A DNA stretch of 64,000 nucleotides, from the NCBI GenBank assembly GCA_964460245.1, contig CAYWTL010000001.1:56-64055 (forward strand), written 5' to 3'. Below, one piece after another: positions 48,879-58,064 of the stretch. The notes beneath the pieces were generated by a model. That model was given only the letters and a program-made list of their open reading frames with translations, was not told where the DNA came from and did no database searches. Position 1 is the stretch's first letter. The number at the start of each line of letters is the position of its first letter. The DNA comes from an uncultured Syntrophaceae bacterium (GTDB lineage Bacteria; Desulfobacterota; Syntrophia; Syntrophales; Fen-1087). Position numbers and translations under genes: made by a program.

Positions 48879-49903
48879 TGCAGCACCCTGATTTCCTCTC
48901 TCATGATTTTTTCCATGACCCGGACTTCCTCCATCATCTGGTAAAACTGCTCCGGCCGCAGCGACTGGGCGCCGTCCGAAAAGGCCTTCTCGGGCTCCGG
49001 GTGGACTTCTACGATCAGGCCGTCCGCCCCGACGGCGACGGCGGCGCGGGTCAGCGGAATCACGTACCGGGAGTATCCGGCGGCATGGCTGGGATCGATG
49101 ATGACCGGCAGATGGGTCAGCTCCTTCAAGACGGGAACGGCGCTGATGTCCAGGGTATTGCGCGTCGCCGTTTCGAAAGTCCGGATCCCCCGTTCGCAAA
49201 GGATGACCTGCTCATTCCCCGCCGACAGGATGTATTCCGCCGACATGAGCAGCTCCTCGATGGTGGTCATCAGGCCGCGCTTCAGCAACACCGGCTTTTT
49301 CGCGCGGCCCACCTCCTTCAGCAGGGCGAAGTTCTGCACATTCCGGGCGCCGATCTGCAGGATGTCCGCGTAGGACTCCACCAGATCCACATCCGTCGTG
49401 TTCATCACTTCCGTCACGACCGGGAGTCCCGTTCGCTCCCGGACCTTCTTCAGGAGTTTCAGGCCCTCTTCGGCCATGCCCTGAAAGCTGTACGGCGACG
49501 TCCGGGGCTTGAACGCCCCCCCGCGCAGGATATGGGCGCCGGCCTTCTTCGCGACATAGGCCGATGCCATGAGCTGTTCCTCGCTTTCCACGGAGCAGGG
49601 GCCGGCCATGACGATGAAATCCGGCCCACCGATGGCCAGGTCACCGACGCGGACGACGGTATTGCCCTCCCGCACCTCCCGGCTGGCCAGTTTGTAGGGT
49701 TTGAGGATCGGCATGACCTTGTCCACGCCGGGGAGGAATTCGGCGGACTTCAACTGGGCCTTCCCCCGGTCATCCCCCACGGCGCCGACGATGGTGCGCT
49801 CCACGCCGCGGGACAGGTGCGCGCTGTAACCGACGGATGCGATCCACTCCACGATCCGGTCGACCTGGGCATCCGTCGCATTTTTTTTCATAATGATGAT
49901 CAT
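48875..49903 (-). CDS. aroF: DAHP synthase (type I-beta, Thermotoga-like, with an N-terminal ferredoxin-like regulatory domain)
   Basis: The sequence is GPCSVES.EQ......[22 protein letters not shown]...IGARN.QNF.LL.....KPVLLKRG. The ATG at 49903 has GGAGGA 7 nt upstream. It is the first gene of the supraoperon. Confidence 0.9.
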   Translation of the reverse strand: MIIIMKKNATDAQVDRIVEWIASVGYSAHLSRGVERTIVGAVGDDRGKAQLKSAEFLPGVDKVMPILKPYKLASREVREGNTVVRVGDLAIGGPDFIVMAGPCSVESEEQLMASAYVAKKAGAHILRGGAFKPRTSPYSFQGMAEEGLKLLKKVRERTGLPVVTEVMNTTDVDLVESYADILQIGARNVQNFALLKEVGRAKKPVLLKRGLMTTIEELLMSAEYILSAGNEQVILCERGIRTFETATRNTLDISAVPVLKELTHLPVIIDPSHAAGYSRYVIPLTRAAVAVGADGLIVEVHPEPEKAFSDGAQSLRPEQFYQMMEEVRVMEKIMREEIRVLQ

Positions 49904-49962
49904 ATCTGTTTCCTCCAAAAAGAAAGGGCCGTGGAAAATCGGCTCCCACAGCCCCGAAACGC

Positions 49963-50000
49963 AAAAAGCCATGGGTAGCGTTTTTCGATCTACCCATGGC
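49963..50000 (-). terminator. Intrinsic terminator/attenuator between the aromatic-rich leader ORF and aroF
   Basis: The minus strand reads GCCATGGGTAG-ATCGAAAAACG-CTACCCATGGC (11-bp perfect stem) followed by TTTTTG. It lies 23 nt after the leader stop and about 60 nt before the aroF ATG. Confidence 0.75.
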
Positions 50001-50023
50001 TCCGTTTGATGATTTAAATTTCT

Positions 50024-50125
50024 TTAAGTCCTCCTGAGCGTCGGGCAGACCGGTGCATAAAAATAGTAATAGCCGTACCAGCTCTTAAAATTTCTTCCGG
50101 TTTGACCGCTTTTGAAGCCCGACAT
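50024..50125 (-). CDS. Aromatic-residue-rich leader peptide (33 aa) upstream of the aro supraoperon
   Basis: My own translation of the minus strand gives MSGFKSGQTGRNFKSWYGYYYFYAPVCPTLRRT*. Seven of eight consecutive residues are W/Y/F (WYGYYYFY). GAGGAG lies 12 nt upstream of the ATG at 50125, and the TAA stop is at 50026-50024. The ORF is too short for the supplied ORF track. Confidence 0.65.
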   Translation of the reverse strand: MSGFKSGQTGRNFKSWYGYYYFYAPVCPTLRRT

Positions 50126-50246
50126 GCTGCTGCGAATCTCCTCACTTTTACTCTTTGCCCTGCAGGCAACCACAATCAGGGGGCCCTGTCAAGGAAAAAC
50201 TTCCTGAAATAATCTCCGTCACGCGGCGGCGGGGAACGGTCGCCGG

Positions 50247-51068
50247 CTACTTCACGGTGTATCCGCGCCCGTCGAGGCAGGCCCCCATGGCCCTCTGGTA
50301 CTCGACGCGCTTCTGGCCCGCCGGATCCGCCAGATCCCCCTCGCGGGGCCGGGTGGGGTCGTAGCCGGTCTGCTGGACGGCCCAGGCATGGCACTCGTAG
50401 CGGTCCTTCGCCAGCTGCTCTTCGCTCTGGCCCTGACGGGGGTAGACGAAAAGCTGATCGATGGATGCCTCGATTTCCGGAGGCAGCGTTTCACTGGCCT
50501 CGCCGCTCGGCGGCGCGACGACGGCGTAGCCGTTGGGCACGCGTGTATAATAAACCTCATTGGCGTAGTAGTAGGGGATCCCGCCGAACCAGACCGTCGC
50601 GTAATAGGGCGGTAGGTAGGGAACGACCACGCCGAAAGGGGGCGCGATGACGGCAAAGCGGGGCCCGTACGGACGGTACCAGACGCCCCCCCGGTAATAA
50701 TAGCGCGTCCCGCCGTGCACGATCACCCGGTGGTCGCGGGGAAGCCGCTGGATGTAGCGGCCGCGCACCGGATAGGAACGGTCATGGCGATAGCGCGAAT
50801 CCAGGTAAAGCCCCGGCCGAATCGGGCCCGGAGGCGGCGCCTTTAAATTCCGGGGAGGCGGCGCCTGGCTTCCCCGCGGCGCCATGCGCGGCCCGGGAGG
50901 CGGAACCGGGCGCGACGACGGTTCCCGGTACTGGCGGAACTGCTCGGAACGGGGCCCGCGTTCAGCCGCATTCGCCGTCTGTAAGAGCGGGTACAGCAGG
51001 ACCCCGGTCAGCAGGGCCGCCGCCATGCCGAGCGTAAATCTCACGTTTCTGCTAAATAAAAGTGACAT
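50247..51068 (-). CDS. Secreted Pro/Tyr-rich hypothetical protein with a conserved C-terminal Cys-containing domain
   Basis: The signal-peptide-like N-terminus is LGMAAALLTGVLLYPLLQTANA-AE. YYY/GxWY repeats are present. The C-terminal YPRQGQSEEQ..DRYECHAWAVQQTGYDP...YQRAMGACLDGRGYTV is shared with the next gene. Confidence 0.6.
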   Translation of the reverse strand: MSLLFSRNVRFTLGMAAALLTGVLLYPLLQTANAAERGPRSEQFRQYREPSSRPVPPPGPRMAPRGSQAPPPRNLKAPPPGPIRPGLYLDSRYRHDRSYPVRGRYIQRLPRDHRVIVHGGTRYYYRGGVWYRPYGPRFAVIAPPFGVVVPYLPPYYATVWFGGIPYYYANEVYYTRVPNGYAVVAPPSGEASETLPPEIEASIDQLFVYPRQGQSEEQLAKDRYECHAWAVQQTGYDPTRPREGDLADPAGQKRVEYQRAMGACLDGRGYTVK

Positions 51069-51110
51069 GTGCGTATCCTCCTCAAAATCGAATCCGGATT
51101 CCCGCTGCCG

Positions 51111-51677
51111 TCACTGTACGCTGTAGCCCCGGCCTTCGAGGCACGCGGACATGGCCCTGCGGAAATCGAACTCCTTTGCCTGGTAGTGGACATCCAGTGC
51201 TCGGTCTCGCCGGGAGTAGGCTTCCTCCATCTGCTGGGCATACTGCTGACGGGACGCATCCGATACGGCGCCGGTAAACGCCCCGCCGGCCGCCCCGATC
51301 AGGGCGCCCTCCCCGGCATGTCTCGGCCCTCCGATCAGCGCGCCGAGCACCGCGCCCGCCACGGCCAGCACGGCCGTATCATGACCGGGCGGCGGCATCG
51401 GCACGACCCGGACACGCTGCACGGGCGGAACCTGGGACCGGCTGGGGTCGAAATGCGTCTGCTTCACGGCCCAGTTGTAGCACTCGTAGTGGTCCCGGGA
51501 CTGGCGCTCCTGGCTCTGGCCCATCTTCGGGTAGAAGTAGAGCTGGGCCATGCGGGCTTTCGGGGCCATGCCGGAATCCGGCGGGACAGGTCCCGCAACC
51601 GGATGATAAGACGCCGGATAGCACCCGGCCAGCGGAAGCACGGTCAGAAAAAACAGGAGACCCAGACCGGCGCGCAT
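51111..51677 (-). CDS. Lipoprotein with a glycine-zipper segment, paralogous to the preceding gene's C-terminal domain
   Basis: The start is at ATG 51677 (MRAGLGLLFFLTVLPLAGC, with lipobox LAGC). The domain YPKMGQSQER..DHYECYNWAVKQTHFDP ... FRRAMSACLEGRGYSV is interrupted by GALIGGPRHAGEGALIGAAGGAFTGA. Confidence 0.6.
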   Translation of the reverse strand: MRAGLGLLFFLTVLPLAGCYPASYHPVAGPVPPDSGMAPKARMAQLYFYPKMGQSQERQSRDHYECYNWAVKQTHFDPSRSQVPPVQRVRVVPMPPPGHDTAVLAVAGAVLGALIGGPRHAGEGALIGAAGGAFTGAVSDASRQQYAQQMEEAYSRRDRALDVHYQAKEFDFRRAMSACLEGRGYSVQ

Positions 51678-52129
51678 TACCGGGTGACCGCCTCGATGCC
51701 TGTCGGCCCTTTCCTCGATTCTCCGAATGCCCATCGCTTTCCTCCCCATTCGTCAAACACCGGTCATCGCCACCGCCGAAAACCGGGTGCACCGCCGGCT
51801 TTGCGAGGCTTCCCGTATTTTATAATACCGCACACATTTTATTGCAAGAGGGATGCCAATCGCGGCACTTGAAACGCAACCGCTCGGATTGATGAAGGGT
51901 TGATCCATTCGAAGGCCTTCCGGTCCAGCCGCTGCGGTTTCCGGCGTGGATAAATATTACCCGGTTTCCGTATCCACTTGTGAAAAAAATACACACCTTG
52001 CGGGGGCGGGTCGCACCGACCCGCATCGATTCCCCGCACGCGTTTCGACGCTTGCGTTGGCGGTTCTTTTTGAATATGATTCTCTGCCGGAATCGACAAA
52101 ATCCCATATTCGCCGAAAAGAGGACCGCC

Positions 52130-53011
52130 ATGATCGTCGAGAGCAGGGGGGAGATCGCAAAAGGGCTCTGCGCCATCGGGAAGCCCGAACTGCCGGCCTT
52201 TCTCCTGATCGGCGAACGGCCTGCCCTCTTCGACGCCGGCATGACCTTCATGGGACCCCTGTACATCGAGGGATTGAGAACCCGCCTCGGCGACGAGCAG
52301 CGTCTTTCACGCAATTTTCTGACCCATTCCCATTTCGACCACTGCGGGGCATCCCCTTTCCTGAAAAGAAAGATCCGCCGCCTTCAGACCGGCGCCCATC
52401 CGCTCGCCGCCGAAACGTTCCGGAAACCCGGGGCCGTCTCGCTGATCCGAAGCCTGAGCGAGCATTTCGAAAAGAGGAATGGTGACGAGGACGTTGCTTT
52501 CGACGGCCTGAATGTCGATCTGTTTCTTCACGACGGCATGGAAATGGATCTCGGCGGCGGACTCGATTTCCGCGTGATCGCCACACCGGGCCATACGCGC
52601 GATTCGGTCTCCTTTTACATCCCGAAACTCAGGGCGCTGATCGCCGGTGAGGCCGTCGGCGTTTATGACCGGGACAGGACGATCCATCCCGAGTTTCTGT
52701 CGAGCTACCGGGACTACCTCCACTCTCTCGACAAGTTGGCTTCCCTCGAGCCGGAAGTCCTGATGATGGCCCATTACTTCACGCTGACGGGTCCGGAGGC
52801 GAGATCGTACGTCGCAAAATCGATCGAAAGGACAAAGGCATTCCGGACGAGGATCGAAGACTTCCTTCATGAACAAAACGGCGACAGGGCAGCGGTGGTG
52901 CAGAGAATTTTCCGGGAGGACTACCTGGAAACGGGGGCCATCCTGCAGGAGGAACGGCCCTATCGGATCAACCTTGAAGCGAAGGTACGGGCGGTTGCGG
53001 AGGATCGTTGA
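52130..53011 (+). CDS. MBL-fold metallo-hydrolase
   Basis: The HxHxDH motif LTHSHFDHCG is present, with a later TPGHT. The ATG at 52130 has AAGAGGA upstream. Confidence 0.8.
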   Translation: MIVESRGEIAKGLCAIGKPELPAFLLIGERPALFDAGMTFMGPLYIEGLRTRLGDEQRLSRNFLTHSHFDHCGASPFLKRKIRRLQTGAHPLAAETFRKPGAVSLIRSLSEHFEKRNGDEDVAFDGLNVDLFLHDGMEMDLGGGLDFRVIATPGHTRDSVSFYIPKLRALIAGEAVGVYDRDRTIHPEFLSSYRDYLHSLDKLASLEPEVLMMAHYFTLTGPEARSYVAKSIERTKAFRTRIEDFLHEQNGDRAAVVQRIFREDYLETGAILQEERPYRINLEAKVRAVAEDR

Positions 53012-53061
53012 CCGGCTCTTCTTGAACGACCGGCGTGGTGAAAACCGGAAGGCAGGGCAGG

Positions 53062-53493
53062 ATGGACGAAGGGGTCAGGGCGGCGATTTTCCGTCAGGTG
53101 CGGCAGGAGCCTTTTGCGGAAAAATTCGGACTGAAGCTGATCGCGCTGGAATCGGGCTATTCGAAAGTCGAGATGGACTTCACCCCCGACATGGAAAACA
53201 TCTTCGGGATGGCGCACGGCGGGGCGCTCTTCGCCCTGATCGACGAGGCTTTCGAGACTGCATCCAATTCCCACGGCACCATGGCCGTTGCGCTCAACAT
53301 GAACGTCACCTACCTTTCGGCCCCCGCCGCGGGGGCGAGATTGACCGCCGAGGCAAGGGAACTGAACCGGACCCGCAAAACTGCGGTCTATGACATTCGG
53401 GTGACCGACGGCCGAAATCAGCTCATCGCTTCCTGCCAGGCCCTCGTGTACCGGAAGGAGACCCCCCTCCCCTTCCTCGGACCGGCGACCTGA
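53062..53493 (+). CDS. PaaI-family (hotdog-fold) thioesterase
   Basis: The sequence is FA..FG.......G.........M.N..G.AHGGA.FAL.D.AF..A, plus the C-terminal A.A.LVYRK pattern. Confidence 0.8.
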   Translation: MDEGVRAAIFRQVRQEPFAEKFGLKLIALESGYSKVEMDFTPDMENIFGMAHGGALFALIDEAFETASNSHGTMAVALNMNVTYLSAPAAGARLTAEARELNRTRKTAVYDIRVTDGRNQLIASCQALVYRKETPLPFLGPAT

Positions 53494-53538
53494 ATGCCCC
53501 GCGCCCGCCTCTGTCCGCCGGCCGGGGCGCGGCATGCG

Positions 53539-53814
53539 CTATTTCCACTCGATCGTGTGCATTTTCAGAAGGAATTCCTTGAAGGCCTCCTTCGTGGTTT
53601 CGCGGATGTCCGCGATGTGGACAATGATCGCCTTGTTGCAGAAGGCATACCCGTCGGCGATCATTTCCGGAGTGTCGTCCTCGTCGCAGAAGTGCTGAAT
53701 GAATTCCTGCGCGATGTTTCGGGCCTCCGTAATATCGCGCGCCGTCACCAGGTAGTGATGGCGCTGAACCTTGTCGTCTTCCTTCTCCGTGATTTTCACC
53801 CAGTAGTCCGGCAT
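53539..53814 (-). CDS. Small hypothetical protein (91 aa)
   Basis: The ORF has a GGTGAGGGA SD and starts 15 nt downstream of the DUF218 gene stop. Its composition is protein-like. No motif was recognised. Confidence 0.5.
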   Translation of the reverse strand: MPDYWVKITEKEDDKVQRHHYLVTARDITEARNIAQEFIQHFCDEDDTPEMIADGYAFCNKAIIVHIADIRETTKEAFKEFLLKMHTIEWK

Positions 53815-53829
53815 TCCCTCACCTCATTA

Positions 53830-54501
53830 TTACGCATCGGAAAATTTGATCGGTATATATCCTCGAACCTGATAATATGCAAGTTTCAGCCACTCGGAAA
53901 AAAAATCCCGCACCCCGTCGTCGCTCTGCCACCACCGGTCGGGCTGATAGGTCGTGAAATAGGCCAGCGGAACGATTTTGATCTTCAGCGGCGCGGCGAG
54001 ATGCCGGTAAACCAGGAAACTGCGGCGCATGTGAAACCCCTTGGCGAGCAGAACGGCGCTGCGGACCCCGCTTTGCGAAAGCAGTCCCAGAACGGACTGC
54101 GCCTCGGTCAGGGTCACGGGGTGACGAACCGGAACGGATACCACCTGGAACCGGCCCTCGGGAAGCGGCATGCGGGCCAGTTCTTTCTTCACCAGTTCCG
54201 GGTAGTCGCCGGGAAGCGCGAAAACCCGTCCCCCGTCCGGGTACTGATGCAAAACGACCAGGATCCGCCGGACTTTCCCGGACCGCAGCAGGTCTGCGGC
54301 GCGGCTGACGGCGGCCTGCTCCATCCAGGCATCGCCCTCCACAACAGCCACATCGGCGGCGCCTGCCGGCGCCTTCTCGCCGGCCGCCAGAAACGCCCCG
54401 GCCCGGTTCAGGACCGGCTGATACAGGAAGGGGACGAGCAGCAGCAGGATCAGGACAATCGCCAGCAGGACGACCAGAATTTTTCCGGATGACCGTTTCA
54501 T
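53830..54501 (-). CDS. DUF218/YdcF (ElyC/SanA-like) family membrane-anchored protein
   Basis: It has an N-terminal TM helix. VVLGG-like ILVVL and the T..EA pattern typical of DUF218 are present. Confidence 0.7.
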   Translation of the reverse strand: MKRSSGKILVVLLAIVLILLLLVPFLYQPVLNRAGAFLAAGEKAPAGAADVAVVEGDAWMEQAAVSRAADLLRSGKVRRILVVLHQYPDGGRVFALPGDYPELVKKELARMPLPEGRFQVVSVPVRHPVTLTEAQSVLGLLSQSGVRSAVLLAKGFHMRRSFLVYRHLAAPLKIKIVPLAYFTTYQPDRWWQSDDGVRDFFSEWLKLAYYQVRGYIPIKFSDA

Positions 54502-54567
54502 TTCTTTCCTCGTGCCCTCTCTATAATGTTCCGGCGGAAGTTCTTCAAGGTTTTTCTAAAAAAATGC

Positions 54568-54595
54568 TTGATTTTAAGCTTTTTTGTGCTATAGG
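54568..54595 (+). promoter_or_regulatory. Candidate extended -10 promoter for the metK-like gene (TTGATT-16-TGcTATAGG)
   Basis: TTGATT at 54568-54573. TG at 54587-54588 precedes TATAGG at 54590-54595. Confidence 0.45.
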
Positions 54596-54674
54596 GCGGA
54601 ACACAGCGGTGATTTAAGGGTAAATTGCTCCGCGATATAAATGTGCTAAAGCGCCGATCCCGAGTTGAGATCAA

Positions 54675-54698
54675 CCCGCGCTCCGGCGCGGGTTTTTT
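54675..54698 (+). terminator. Intrinsic terminator inside the 5' leader of the metK-like gene
   Basis: The hairpin is CCCGCGC-TCCG-GCGCGGG followed by TTTTTTATTTTT. It lies 33 nt upstream of the ATG at 54731. Confidence 0.7.
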
Positions 54699-54730
54699 AT
54701 TTTTGCGAGGCAAATGAAAGGAGAGCAAAG

Positions 54731-55921
54731 ATGCAAATTTCGTCGGAAAGTATCAAAGTCGGACATCCGGACGTTGTCGCCGACATCATCGCGGCCAATG
54801 TCATCGCAGCCATTCTGGATGAGGAAAAGAAGGAGAAGGACGGCCTGAACCTGGGAAACATGCCCCACTGCGGCATCGAGGTCTTCCTGGGCAAGGGGAT
54901 CTGCGTTGTCGGCGGGGAAGTCCGGACGCGGGTATACGTCGACATCGACAAAATCGCCCGCGAAGCGGTCCTGGCGCTCGGTTACAACGACGCGGCCGTC
55001 GGGCTCAACGGAAATTCGATGGGAGTCCTCAACGCCATCATTCCTCAATCCCCGGACATCAATCAGGGCACGTCCATGAAACTGAACAAAAAGCACCAGA
55101 TCGGCGCCGGCGACCAGGGCATCATGTACGGCTTCGCCTGCGACGAGACTCCGGAACTGTTGCCCCTCCCCTATGTCCTGGTCAGCCGGCTGATGCGTGC
55201 CTTCGAGAACTGCGGCGATCCCGATTTCGCGCCCGACGGAAAGGGCCAGGTGTCCGTGGAGTACGACGAAAAGACCGGCAAGCCCGTCCGTCTTGCCAAG
55301 GTGCTGATGTCCAACGCCATCGATTACCGCCGGGTGAAGAAATCCGACAAGGGCAGGATTCGGGAAAAGGCCCGGAAAATAGCCTTTGAGTGCGACTGCA
55401 CCCATGGCTGGATCGACAAGAAAACGGAATTCCTGTTCAACCCGACCGGGGAATGGCAGGCCGTCAACTCCTGCAGCGCCGCCGACTCCGGCGTCACCGG
55501 CCGCAAGCTGGTCGTGCAGTTCTACGGCGGATATCCGGGCGCCCAGATGGGCGGCGGTTCGGTGGTCAACAAGTCGCCGGAAAAGGTCGACTGCTCGGCG
55601 GCCTTCGGCGCCCGATACGTGGCGAAGAACATCGTCGCCGCGGGGCTGGCCACGAAGTGCTCCATTCAGCTCGCCTACGCCATCGGCGTGGCCAAGCCCT
55701 TCTCCATCTATGTCGACACCTTCGGAACGGGAAAAGTGCCGGACCGGCAGCTCGCGAAGATCGTCACGCAGGTCTTCGACCTCACGCCGGGCGGAATGAT
55801 CGAGAAGTTCGACCTTCTCAACAGCAAGGTGTACCGGGAAATCCCCGTCACGCTCTTCATGAACAACTACCGCTGGGAAAAAACCGATATGGTCAAAGTC
55901 CTGAAAGCGGCGATCCGATAG
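54731..55921 (+). CDS. metK: Divergent S-adenosylmethionine synthetase (MetK-like)
   Basis: MetK-like blocks are present but diverged: KVGHPDVVAD (vs EGHPDK.CD), GAGDQGIMYGFA, DGKGQV, DSGVTGRKLVVQFYGG, GGGS..NKSPEKVDCSAAFGARYVAKN. A GAAAGGAGAG SD is present. Confidence 0.75.
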   Translation: MQISSESIKVGHPDVVADIIAANVIAAILDEEKKEKDGLNLGNMPHCGIEVFLGKGICVVGGEVRTRVYVDIDKIAREAVLALGYNDAAVGLNGNSMGVLNAIIPQSPDINQGTSMKLNKKHQIGAGDQGIMYGFACDETPELLPLPYVLVSRLMRAFENCGDPDFAPDGKGQVSVEYDEKTGKPVRLAKVLMSNAIDYRRVKKSDKGRIREKARKIAFECDCTHGWIDKKTEFLFNPTGEWQAVNSCSAADSGVTGRKLVVQFYGGYPGAQMGGGSVVNKSPEKVDCSAAFGARYVAKNIVAAGLATKCSIQLAYAIGVAKPFSIYVDTFGTGKVPDRQLAKIVTQVFDLTPGGMIEKFDLLNSKVYREIPVTLFMNNYRWEKTDMVKVLKAAIR

Positions 55922-55985
55922 GCCCGGCCCCGTCCGGATGCCTTGGCCCCCGGCCCGGGCGTCCGGACACCCGGGACGCCCGGCC

Positions 55986-57176
55986 ATGCACCCTTCCTAC
56001 CCCAGAATCCGGCTGAAGCCCGGCCGCGAAGTCTCCCTGCAAAAGGGTCACCCCTGGATCTTTTCCGGGGCCCTGGACGCCGTAGAGGGAAACCCCGCTT
56101 CGGGCGACATCGTGCTCGCCGCCACCCGCGCCGGGGAACCGCTGGCCCTGGGCTTCTTCAATCCCGAAAGCGACATCGCCTTTCGGCTGCTGACCCGCCG
56201 GACCGGCACGCTCGCGGATGACCGCTTCTGGCGGGGCCGCATCGCCGCCGCCGCGGCCCTTCGGCAGCGGCTCATCCCGGCTGACACGACCGCCTGGCGC
56301 CTGATCAATGCCGAGGGCGACGGCATTCCGGGCCTGATCGTGGACCGCTACGGCGCCTTTCTCGTCATCTCGATCGAAACGGCGGGCGCGGAAAAACACA
56401 GGGGCATGATCCTCGACGCCCTTCGCAGGGAGGTCCATCCGGAGGGAATTTACGAGCGGAGCGAAGGGCGGGCGCGCCGGCGCGAGGGATTGCCGGACCG
56501 GACCGCCACGGCTTTCGGCGCCGCTCCGCCGGAAACGATCGAAATCCGGGAAAACGGCCTGGCATTCGCGGTGGACATCCGCACGGGCCAGAAAACCGGC
56601 TTTTTCCTGGACCAGCGCGACAACCGCGACCGCATCGGCCGGATCAGCCGGAACGCCGCCGTGCTGAACTGCTTCTCCTACACCGGCGGCTTCTCCGTCT
56701 ACTGCGCATACGGCGGGGCAAAGCGGGTCGTTTCCGTCGACGCGTCCGGGCCGGCGAATGTTCTGGCCCGGAGCAACCTCGAACGAAACCGATTTTCGGC
56801 TCAGGACCACCCGGTTGTTCAGGCCGACGCTTTTTCGTTCCTGAGGGAGACGGCAGAGCGGTTCGACCTGGTGATCCTGGATCCGCCTCCTTTCGCCAAA
56901 TCCCGAAAAGACACGGCTCAGGCCGCGCGGGGATACAAGGACATCAACCTGCAGGCCGTCCGGCGCCTCTCGGAAGGCGGCCTGCTGGCCACCTTCTCCT
57001 GCTCCAATCACCTGGATGAAATCCTGTTCGAGAAGATCGTGATCGCCGCCGCGCGCGACGCCGGACGGGAGATGCAGCTTGTGGCGCGGCTGGGCCCCGG
57101 ACCGGATCACCCCGTGAATCTGGCGCATCCGGAGGGACGCTACCTCAAGGGTCTTCTGCTTCGATCTTCAGCCTGA
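55986..57176 (+). CDS. PUA-domain class I SAM-dependent rRNA methyltransferase (RlmI/YccW-like)
   Basis: The sequence is L..G.E..L..GHPWIF.GA......G...DRY......QI.....QKTGFFLDQR.NR....VLN.FSYTGGFS...DPP.F. Confidence 0.8.
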   Translation: MHPSYPRIRLKPGREVSLQKGHPWIFSGALDAVEGNPASGDIVLAATRAGEPLALGFFNPESDIAFRLLTRRTGTLADDRFWRGRIAAAAALRQRLIPADTTAWRLINAEGDGIPGLIVDRYGAFLVISIETAGAEKHRGMILDALRREVHPEGIYERSEGRARRREGLPDRTATAFGAAPPETIEIRENGLAFAVDIRTGQKTGFFLDQRDNRDRIGRISRNAAVLNCFSYTGGFSVYCAYGGAKRVVSVDASGPANVLARSNLERNRFSAQDHPVVQADAFSFLRETAERFDLVILDPPPFAKSRKDTAQAARGYKDINLQAVRRLSEGGLLATFSCSNHLDEILFEKIVIAAARDAGREMQLVARLGPGPDHPVNLAHPEGRYLKGLLLRSSA

Positions 57177-57216
57177 CGGGTGAGTCGACGCCCTGATTCC
57201 GTCGGGGACCTCGGCG

Positions 57217-58056
57217 CTACCGAAGAAGAAAGAAGAGGGCCTGAAACACCGCCCATGCCAGCACGGCAACGGTCAGGAGCGCGCAGAGGCCCGCCAGGGC
57301 CCGAAGGAAAAAGGTCTCCCGCCGCCGTTCCTGGTAGCCCGCGGCAAAGGCGAGCAGGATGCCGGCCAGAACGCCGCCCCCGTGAGCCCAGTTGTTGATC
57401 CCCGGAATCAGGAGCCCGAAGAGGACCAGCCCCACGACCCATCCCATGGCCTGCCGGTAGATCGTCTCGCCGTAGAAGCCCCCCCGGCTCTTCCCGTAAT
57501 AGAGAATCGCTCCGATCAGCCCGCATACGCTGGCCGACGCCCCGATGGTCAGGGGAATGCCCGCCAGGACGGACAGATAGAACCCGGCGATCCCGGCCAG
57601 GATGTAGATCAGCACGAAGCGGCTCGCGCCGAATTCCCGAATGACAAAAGGCCCCAGTTGCCAGAGGGCCGCCATGTTGAAGAAAATGTGGAGAATCCCG
57701 CCATGGAGGAAGGATGCCGATATCAGGGTCCACCAGCGGCCGTATTGCGCGACGGGGATGGCGCCCGTCGCGCCGAGCAGGAAAAGGCTCCCTTCGGACG
57801 GGGCCAGAAGCCCGATCGGATTGGCCGTAAATCCCAGGGATGAGGGATTCAGCAAAAGCGACAGGAGAAAAAAAACGGCGTTCGCGTAAATGATGATCCG
57901 GACCATGTCCGGAAAGCCCGACAAGAGCCGGCTGAAAAACAGAGATGCCTTGCGGGACCCGGGGCGGGACAGGCCGCAGTAGGGGCAGGCCGGCTCGTCG
58001 ATGCTGATCAGCCGGCGGCAATTCGGGCAGAGCATGGAATTCTTGGCGGTCGTCAT
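57217..58056 (-). CDS. Rhomboid-family intramembrane serine protease with an N-terminal Zn-ribbon
   Basis: The start is at ATG 58056 (MTTAKNSMLCPNCRR...CPYCG). The sequence WWTLISASFLHGGILHIFFNM and GASASVCGLIGA carry the GxSx catalytic Ser and the His. Confidence 0.8.
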   Translation of the reverse strand: MTTAKNSMLCPNCRRLISIDEPACPYCGLSRPGSRKASLFFSRLLSGFPDMVRIIIYANAVFFLLSLLLNPSSLGFTANPIGLLAPSEGSLFLLGATGAIPVAQYGRWWTLISASFLHGGILHIFFNMAALWQLGPFVIREFGASRFVLIYILAGIAGFYLSVLAGIPLTIGASASVCGLIGAILYYGKSRGGFYGETIYRQAMGWVVGLVLFGLLIPGINNWAHGGGVLAGILLAFAAGYQERRRETFFLRALAGLCALLTVAVLAWAVFQALFFLLR

Positions 58057-58064
58057 CCGCAATC

